40,118 nucleotides of DNA from Thermoplasmata archaeon. Lineage in GTDB: Archaea; Thermoplasmatota; DTKX01; DATEUP01. Below, piece by piece: positions 35,006 to 40,118 of this stretch. The stretch spans positions 1 to 40,118 of the forward strand of contig JBGPNV010000001.1 of assembly GCA_041487695.1 (NCBI GenBank), in the 5' to 3' direction. The notes beneath the pieces were generated by a model. It was not told the DNA's origin and did not search any database. It was given only the letters and a program-made list of their open reading frames with translations. The stretch's first letter is position 1. Each line of letters opens with the position of its first letter. The translations under genes and the position numbers were made by a program.

Positions 35006-35833
35006 TTACGCCTTGGCCTTGCCGCGCGCCTTTGCCGCGACGGGCTCCGGAGCGCCGTTCTTGAGCGCCTTGACGATCTCATCGGCGGCCTTTCGCCCCG
35101 AGAGCAGCATGCCTCCGAAGGTCGGCCCCATGCGGGGCAGCCCGTGGGCCGTCGCGACGGCCATGCCGGAAATGTAGAGGCCGGGGAAAATGTAGCCCGT
35201 CTTCTCGACGACGGCGTCCTCGGACTTCTCGACCCACATGGGGTTCATGCCCGGCAGCTCGACGAGCCGGCGCTTGGCAAGGGCCTGCAGGACGCAGGCG
35301 TCGTGGCCTGTCGCGTCGAGGACGATCTTGCTCTCGAGAGCGATGGGGTCCACGCAGGTGACGTTGTGGGGCAGCGCGTTCACGGGGGTCCAATTCACGA
35401 CCGCGCCGGCCACGCGGCCTTCCTTGAAGATCACGTCGTCGAACTGGGTCATGTTGATGATCTTGACGCCCGCGTCGCAGGCGGCCTTGATGAGCGCGGA
35501 GCAGGCGTGGGGGCCGTCGACCATGTAGAGCCCCGGCGAGGCCTCCTCGTAGGGGCAGTCAAGCTCGTCGAGGATCTTTTGGGAGGGCGCGCGGAACGTG
35601 TTCTTGTTCATGAGGTAGCCGCCGATCCAGAAGCCGCCGCCGATGTAGTTATTCTGCTCGATGACAAGGACCTTCACGCCCTTCTTGGCAAGGTCGCGGG
35701 CGGCCATGAGCCCCGAGGGGCCCCCGCCGACGACGATGACGTCGGACTCGATGTATTTGTCAAAGTCGCGGGCGAACCCGCTCACGATTGCCCTCGTCAC
35801 GGCCGCTTCTCCCACGTTGGCGAAGATTGGCAT
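35006..35833 (-). CDS. thi4: Thiamine thiazole synthase (Thi4 family)
   Basis: ORF 35006..36523 trimmed to ATG 35833, preceded by GGTGAG. ATG 35899 is the alternative. Dinucleotide fold 'DVIVVGGGPSGLMAARDLA'. It also has 'VLDATGHDACV' and 'GLPRMGPTFGGMLLSG'. Confidence 0.9.
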   Translation of the reverse strand: MPIFANVGEAAVTRAIVSGFARDFDKYIESDVIVVGGGPSGLMAARDLAKKGVKVLVIEQNNYIGGGFWIGGYLMNKNTFRAPSQKILDELDCPYEEASPGLYMVDGPHACSALIKAACDAGVKIINMTQFDDVIFKEGRVAGAVVNWTPVNALPHNVTCVDPIALESKIVLDATGHDACVLQALAKRRLVELPGMNPMWVEKSEDAVVEKTGYIFPGLYISGMAVATAHGLPRMGPTFGGMLLSGRKAADEIVKALKNGAPEPVAAKARGKAKA

Positions 35834-36035
35834 TTTCTCACCGGTTCTGGACTGCTCCAGAGTATTGCCGGCAAGGGGGGCTTTCAGATTTAAGGGCATC
35901 GTTGAGCCTCGGCGCGCTTGGGGAGCCGGGCTTTCGATTTTTCCAGTCTCGATAATGAAATTGAGGGAGGCGGGTTCATACACGTTCGAAATCTGTGGAT
36001 AAGGCCAGGAGAGCCAGCCGGGGGAATAGAAGGAC

Positions 36036-36296
36036 ATGTTCGAAGGCCGCACCGCCGCCCGCCCGCGTCCCCCGCGCAACGAAACGTCGACGGGTTGGGA
36101 CGAGCGGCGCGTGGTCGCGGAGGTCGCCGTCGAGCTCCGGATTTCCCCCAAGTTCACGGACGACGGCACGCCCGAGGGGACCTGCGAAAGGCCGCTTTCG
36201 ATCCACTTGGATGAGGACCCCTCGCCCACGGCCGACGACGAACGGGAAGAGGCGCTCGACCTTACGGCGGCGCTCTTCCGCGCGTTCCACGACTGA
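36036..36296 (+). CDS. Small acidic hypothetical protein (86 aa)
   Basis: ATG start, and third codon positions are strongly G/C as in neighbouring genes. It fills the gap between thi4 (divergent) and dphB (convergent, 9 nt apart). No motif recognised. It could still be a chance ORF. Confidence 0.35.
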   Translation: MFEGRTAARPRPPRNETSTGWDERRVVAEVAVELRISPKFTDDGTPEGTCERPLSIHLDEDPSPTADDEREEALDLTAALFRAFHD

Positions 36297-36305
36297 CCGT
36301 GCCCC

Positions 36306-37118
36306 TCATTCTGCGGGCGGCAGTTCATCCTCGCGGGCCAGGCCGATGACCTTGAGCGCCTCGCGCTCTTCGAAGTGGAGTGTGCCCGGGACGATGAGGC
36401 AGTGCATCGGCGGCCCGAGGTCGAGCTCGGCGAGGCGCTCGGCGGCGCCGGCGCGCGCCAGGGCGGTTGCCTCCCCCGCGCGCGCGACCGCGACGCAAGC
36501 CGTGCGCGGCCCCAGCGCGTCAAGGCCCGCGCGCTTGGAAAGCCCGAGGAGGATGTAGATCGCCTCGTTGGCTGTCATGTAACGGCGCGACTCGCTTTGG
36601 ATGTCGAGGAGGACAAGGGTGTGGAGGCCCGCCCTCCGGTTCTCGGAAATCCGTTCGGCCGGCGAGGTCGGCGCGTAGGATTTCTCCGGGTACGGCAGGC
36701 TCACGACGCGGCCGGACTTGTAGTGCTGCAGCCCGGCCTCGGAAAAGGCCGTGTGGGTGATCGACGGCGCGAAGAGGAGGCGCACGGGGAGCCCGCGCCG
36801 GATGGCCTCGATGCGCAGCGCCACATGCGTCGTGGCGGCCATCGGGTCGCCGGGCACAAGCAGGACGGCGCCGCCGGGCAGCGCAGCGGCCTCGAGGATC
36901 AGGGTCCCCTCCTCGACCCGGGCGCGTCCGAGCCGCGGAATGGCGCCGCCCCGCGCGCGCTCGAAGTGGTCGAGGACCTGTTGGGAAAGGAGCGCCGTGT
37001 AGTCGTCGGCGAAGACGGTGCGGGCTTGCGCCACGGCGGCAAGGGCCGCGGGAGCGACACCTTCGGGCCCCCGAGGCCCCACCCCAACGAACGTGAGGTG
37101 GGGCGGCGGAAGCGGCAC
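36306..37118 (-). CDS. dphB: Diphthine synthase
   Basis: GTG 37118 preceded by GGGAGGGAG. 'LTFVGVGP', 'VLLVPGDPMAATTH' and 'PMHCLIVPG' are typical of the tetrapyrrole-methylase-fold Dph5/DphB. Confidence 0.9.
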   Translation of the reverse strand: MPLPPPHLTFVGVGPRGPEGVAPAALAAVAQARTVFADDYTALLSQQVLDHFERARGGAIPRLGRARVEEGTLILEAAALPGGAVLLVPGDPMAATTHVALRIEAIRRGLPVRLLFAPSITHTAFSEAGLQHYKSGRVVSLPYPEKSYAPTSPAERISENRRAGLHTLVLLDIQSESRRYMTANEAIYILLGLSKRAGLDALGPRTACVAVARAGEATALARAGAAERLAELDLGPPMHCLIVPGTLHFEEREALKVIGLAREDELPPAE

Positions 37119-37138
37119 GTGGGCTCCCTCCCAGAACT

Positions 37139-37744
37139 TCAGCGGTAGGTCTCGCGCATCTCGCGCGCGTAGATCCTCGAGATGACGCGCGCGGCCGCCC
37201 CGCCGTGGCGGACGGTGCCGCTCACGGTCTTGATCGTGTGGATGACGGCCTTCGCGCGTTTGATCGTAAGGATTTCTCCGATTTGGAATTCCTCGTCGGG
37301 CGCCGCCTCGATCACCTCGGCGGCCGTCGAGTGGCCCCGGTTGATCGACACCTTCACACGCACGCGGTTGAAGACCTTCGACCAGATGACCGGCCGCTCG
37401 CGGGCAGGGGCCGACGGCACACGCCGGCCCGCCGACTCAAGGGCCGTTACGACGATTCGGTCGCGGCCCACGAACATCTCATCGCCCACGGCGAGCTTCT
37501 CGTCGGCGTCGACGACGACCGTGGCCTTGCGCGAGCCTTCGCCCTCGGAGAGGACAACCTGAAGAACGATGGGTTTCTCCTCCATGATGCGCCGCTGCAG
37601 GGTCGTGCCGCAGGTCTTGCACTTGAGGACCCCCTCGAGGGCGAAGGTCGCGTTCGACTCGATTTCCTTGCCCTTGAGGACATCGTGGAGCGTGGTCGAC
37701 TTGCAGGTGTCGCACACCGCGTAGAGGGTCTTGAGGGCCGACAT
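37139..37744 (-). CDS. COG1326 / HVO_0476-type archaeal zinc-finger protein
   Basis: ORF 37139..38164 trimmed to ATG 37744, with GGGAGG upstream. The four-Cys ribbon is 'CDTCKS...x27...CKTCGT'. It is followed by 'VGDEMFVGRDRIVVTALES' and 'IWSKVFNRVRVKVSINRG', as in that family. Confidence 0.7.
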   Translation of the reverse strand: MSALKTLYAVCDTCKSTTLHDVLKGKEIESNATFALEGVLKCKTCGTTLQRRIMEEKPIVLQVVLSEGEGSRKATVVVDADEKLAVGDEMFVGRDRIVVTALESAGRRVPSAPARERPVIWSKVFNRVRVKVSINRGHSTAAEVIEAAPDEEFQIGEILTIKRAKAVIHTIKTVSGTVRHGGAAARVISRIYAREMRETYR

Positions 37745-37766
37745 GGGGTGAAGCGCCTCCCTGGGC

Positions 37767-38279
37767 TCACGGCGAGGGGGGACCGCCGCGGTAGTCCGTG
37801 GGGCACCCGATGGTGATTTTTGTCGCGACGAGCCTGGCCACGCCGTCGGTGACGGTGACCTTCCCCTCGGCGAGGACTTTCTTGCCCTCGGCGAAGTTCG
37901 AATCCATCCCGCCGGAATACACCACGCGGATCCAAGCGGTTGCGTCCGAGTAGTCCGTGAGGTTGAAGGCGATCGTGCCCGATGCCCCCAAGCTCGTCGA
38001 GTTCCCCTGGACGCCGCCGACGACCGCGAGGGTGTGGCCGCTAAACGAGGCAGGTGCCGCAAGGATCTCGTGCACATCCGTGTACCTCGTGCCAGGGGCG
38101 CCCGTGGGCAGGAGGATGGTGACGAGGATGATCGCGGCCGCAATCGTGCCGAGAAGCGCGACACGCCGGCCCGGCCGCGAGAAGGCGGAGCGCACGCCCG
38201 TCGAGGGCGGCGCCGCAGTCACGGCGGCGCGCGCAGCCTCGTGCGCGGCCTCAACGCTTGGATCCGTTGGCAGGGTCAT
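37767..38279 (-). CDS. ccmE: Cytochrome c-type biogenesis heme chaperone CcmE, CxxxY variant
   Basis: ATG 38279, with GTG 38222 as an alternative. N-terminal TM 'VALLGTIAAAIILVTILL'. The OB-fold part is 'IAFNLTDYSDATAWIRVVYSGGMDSNFAEGKKVLAEGKV'. The C-terminal 'TKITIGCPTDY' has Cys where proteobacterial CcmE has the heme-binding His. Confidence 0.8.
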   Translation of the reverse strand: MTLPTDPSVEAAHEAARAAVTAAPPSTGVRSAFSRPGRRVALLGTIAAAIILVTILLPTGAPGTRYTDVHEILAAPASFSGHTLAVVGGVQGNSTSLGASGTIAFNLTDYSDATAWIRVVYSGGMDSNFAEGKKVLAEGKVTVTDGVARLVATKITIGCPTDYRGGPPSP

Positions 38280-38907
38280 CCTTGTGGGCTCCCTGCAGGG
38301 AGCGCTCCAGAGCGTCGGCTCTGGCGCGCAACTTGCGCTCGTTCGAATGCAGGTGCAGGGCGTATAAAAACACTAGTGCCCAGAAGGCCGTCGTCGCTAG
38401 AGCCAGTTGGAGAAGGCCGCCGTCGGCCGGAGGCGTGCGCCAACGGACGTCGATGGCGGCGTCCGCCGAGTCGACGAGGGTCCCGTTGGAGGCGCGCAGC
38501 GAGAAGCGGAACGGCGTGTTGGCGAGGGTTCCCTGGATGGCTTCCTTGGGGATCCCTACGGTCGCGAAAGTCGAAGCGGCACCCGCTCCGACGACGGCCG
38601 TCGCGTTCCAAGCGGCCCGGGTCAACGGGTCGTCCGGGGAAATCGCCACCTCGACGGTGTAGCCCTGCGGCGAGGTGGCGGCTGAGCCCGAGAGGTTGAA
38701 GCGGTAGACGTTCTCCACGAAGCTGTCGAGGGTCTCGGGCACAACGACCGTGACCGTGAGGCCGTTCCCTCCGTCGCTGAGGTGCGCAAGGCGCGCGGGG
38801 CCCACGCCCGTGACAAAGCCGGCCGAGGCAAGGCCGGGCGCGAGGACGAGAACGGCAAGCGCGGCGGCGGCAAGAGGCAGGGCGCCCTCGCAGCGATGGC
38901 GCCTCAT
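38251..38907 (-). CDS. Exported protein in the CcmD position: signal peptide, ~130-aa ectodomain, CcmD-like TM and basic tail
   Basis: ORF 38251..39291 trimmed to ATG 38907, which forms an ATGA overlap with the ccmC stop. Signal peptide 'LPLAAAALAVLVLAPGLASA'. Sequons NLS, NAT and NGT. C-terminal 'LLQLALATTAFWALVFLYALHLHSNERKLRARADALERSL'. Confidence 0.6.
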   Translation of the reverse strand: MRRHRCEGALPLAAAALAVLVLAPGLASAGFVTGVGPARLAHLSDGGNGLTVTVVVPETLDSFVENVYRFNLSGSAATSPQGYTVEVAISPDDPLTRAAWNATAVVGAGAASTFATVGIPKEAIQGTLANTPFRFSLRASNGTLVDSADAAIDVRWRTPPADGGLLQLALATTAFWALVFLYALHLHSNERKLRARADALERSLQGAHKDDPANGSKR

Positions 38908-39635
38908 GGGTCGACACGCTCCTGAAGACCGGCAACGCGCGCGTCGAGCGCCGTGAGGTCGAGGCGCCATGCGAGGAGCGCGAGGAAGAGGAGGACGAAC
39001 GCGGCAAGCGCCGTGAGCATGACGAGAGCCCCCTGCCCCCCCACGCCTTGCCCTCCCGGCGAGATCACCTTGGGGTGGAGGGACTGGAAAATGTAGATCG
39101 AGAGGTAGGAGAGGGGCACAAGGACGAAGCCCGCGGCCGCGTAGGCCGCCGAGGTCGCCGCGCGCGCTTCCCCCGGCGCAAGCTGCCGGCGGAGGGCGAA
39201 ATAGCCGACGAAGACGAGGCCAAGGACGAGGTAGGTGTCGAGCCGCGCGTCCTCGAAGCGCCATGCGACGCCCCACTCGGCCCACCCCCAAAGGGGCCCG
39301 GCGAACAGCACCATGGTCGTGAAGAGGAGGCCGAGCGAGGCGCAGGCGGCCGCCGCGGTATCGTGTGACGGCTTGCCGGTGCGCAGGTAGAGGAGCGCGA
39401 AGACGAACGTGCCCGAGAAGGCGACGTAGGAGGTGAGGGCCGCGCCGAAGTGGAGGTAGAAAATCCGCTGCGCGAAAGGCGCCGAGAAGCCGGCGGTGAG
39501 GGTGGGGGCAAAGAGGAGCGAGAGGACTGTGGCCAGCGCGAGCATTCCGATCGCAGCGGCAAGGAGGGCGACCTTTGCGCGCGAGAGGGCCGCAAGAGGC
39601 GGCTTGCCTCCCGCGGGAGCGCCCGGCTCTGCCAC
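38904..39635 (-). CDS. ccmC: Heme exporter / heme-handling protein CcmC
   Basis: GTG 39635, 243 aa. The Trp-rich motif is 'WGWAEWGVAWRFEDARL'. The conserved His sites are 'RIFYLHFGAA' and 'IFQSLHPK'. It has about 6 TM segments. Confidence 0.85.
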   Translation of the reverse strand: MAEPGAPAGGKPPLAALSRAKVALLAAAIGMLALATVLSLLFAPTLTAGFSAPFAQRIFYLHFGAALTSYVAFSGTFVFALLYLRTGKPSHDTAAAACASLGLLFTTMVLFAGPLWGWAEWGVAWRFEDARLDTYLVLGLVFVGYFALRRQLAPGEARAATSAAYAAAGFVLVPLSYLSIYIFQSLHPKVISPGGQGVGGQGALVMLTALAAFVLLFLALLAWRLDLTALDARVAGLQERVDP

Positions 39636-39680
39636 GGCCGCCCCAGGGAGGCCACCGTTCTTAGAATGTTCGGGGGCCGC

Positions 39681-40118
39681 TCACGCGCGCAGGGCAAGCG
39701 GGATCAGGAAAGCGTTGAGGGGGACAAACACGGCGTCGTAGGCGGCCACGGCGAGCAGGTCGAAGGCGAGCGCAGGGTCAGCGAAGTTTGCGCCAAGGCT
39801 TGCAGCGACGGTCCCGCGTGCGGCCCAGGCGAGCAGGGGCGTTGAGAGGGGAATCATGAGCACGGGGAAGAGCGCCCCGCGAGTGGCGGAGCGGGCGGAG
39901 AGCGCCGAGAGGAATGCGGCTTGCGCGGCGAGGCCGACGCACCCGAGGACGACGAAGGCCACGACGGGCAAGGGCTCGCGCAGGACGCCCGCGCCGAAGA
40001 ACGCGGCGGCAAGGCCCACCATGACGAGGCCGCAGGCAAGCGTGACCAGGAGCCCCGAGAGCATCTTGCCGGCAAAGAGGGCGGCGGGGCTCGCCGGCGA
40101 GGCGAGGAGCAGGTCCAG
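39681..40118 (-). CDS. ccmB: Heme exporter membrane subunit CcmB (5' end outside the window)
   Basis: The frame stays open to the window edge ('LDLLLASPASPAALFAGKMLSGLL...'). Together with 'LFPVLMIPLSTPLL', this resembles the CcmB 'LE.L..SP' and 'LP...P.L' regions. ATG 40064 in the ORF track is therefore probably internal. Confidence 0.7.
   Translation of the reverse strand: MDLLLASPASPAALFAGKMLSGLLVTLACGLVMVGLAAAFFGAGVLREPLPVVAFVVLGCVGLAAQAAFLSALSARSATRGALFPVLMIPLSTPLLAWAARGTVAASLGANFADPALAFDLLAVAAYDAVFVPLNAFLIPLALRA

Noticed and set aside
35834-36000. A possible TPP (THI-box) riboswitch in the thi4 leader.
   Set aside because: Reading the minus strand, I could not find the ordered conserved elements (CUGAGA bulge followed by the ACCUGAUCUGGAUAAUGCCAGCG-like arm). 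Only a small CTGGA-gcag-TCCAG hairpin and a GGTGAGA that fits an SD are present. A covariance-model scan would be the decisive test.
35834-36523. The N-terminal 230 codons of the 505-aa ORF containing thi4. The same pattern occurs in ORFs 10181..11212, 37139..38164, 38251..39291, 27684..30263, 7000..8079 and 6850..7701.
   Set aside because: The extensions are Arg/Ser/Pro-rich and overlap neighbouring well-supported genes. They precede internal starts that restore the canonical N-termini and have SD or TATA support. The ORF track always reports the most upstream ATG/GTG/TTG.
1-40118. c-type cytochrome substrates (CxxCH) for the ccm operon, or a ccmF/ccmH lyase, within the window.
   Set aside because: I scanned the translations of all supported genes by eye and found no CxxCH motif. 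I also found no large CcmF-like Trp-rich membrane protein other than CcmC.

Overview
This is a GC-rich, gene-dense chromosomal segment (roughly two-thirds G+C by eye, not computed). I infer an archaeal origin from the gene content: aPelota, RFC small subunit, ribosomal protein S3Ae, diphthine synthase, Thi4, a COG1326 Zn-finger protein, a PIN-ATPase-KH protein, and TATA-box or leaderless-type promoters. I call 35 protein genes (27 on the minus strand, 8 on the plus strand) and one tRNA-Leu(UAA). I see no rRNA, CRISPR array, transposase, integrase or obvious defence island.

The ORF track renders GTG/TTG starts as M and always takes the most upstream start. I therefore trimmed several ORFs to internal starts supported by conserved N-termini, SD motifs or TATA boxes. 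Start coordinates are less certain than stop coordinates.

Most of the window is housekeeping or metabolism (gpmI, NAD kinase, phosphohexomutase, cysteine desulfurase, thi4, dphB). The parts that deserve a second look are:
1. A variant System I cytochrome c maturation operon (ccmB-ccmC-X-ccmE, with a CxxxY-type CcmE). The CcmD position is occupied by a 218-aa exported protein whose C-terminal TM plus basic tail looks CcmD-like.
2. A minus-strand module of a CARF-like wHTH regulator, a Roadblock/LC7 protein, a 1,873-aa Zn-ribbon-TPR protein and an HhH-GPD-like protein.
3. Two unusual domain fusions on housekeeping proteins: S3Ae-(HhH)2 and NAD kinase-wHTH.
4. A co-directional cell-surface block: a 1,471-aa PQQ-propeller/PKD protein, a 967-aa membrane protein with a roughly 650-aa charged disordered tail, and a 296-aa anchored glycoprotein-like ORF.
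5. A COG1326 Zn-finger gene packed against diphthine synthase.

All functional calls rest on motif recognition by eye. No database search was run.
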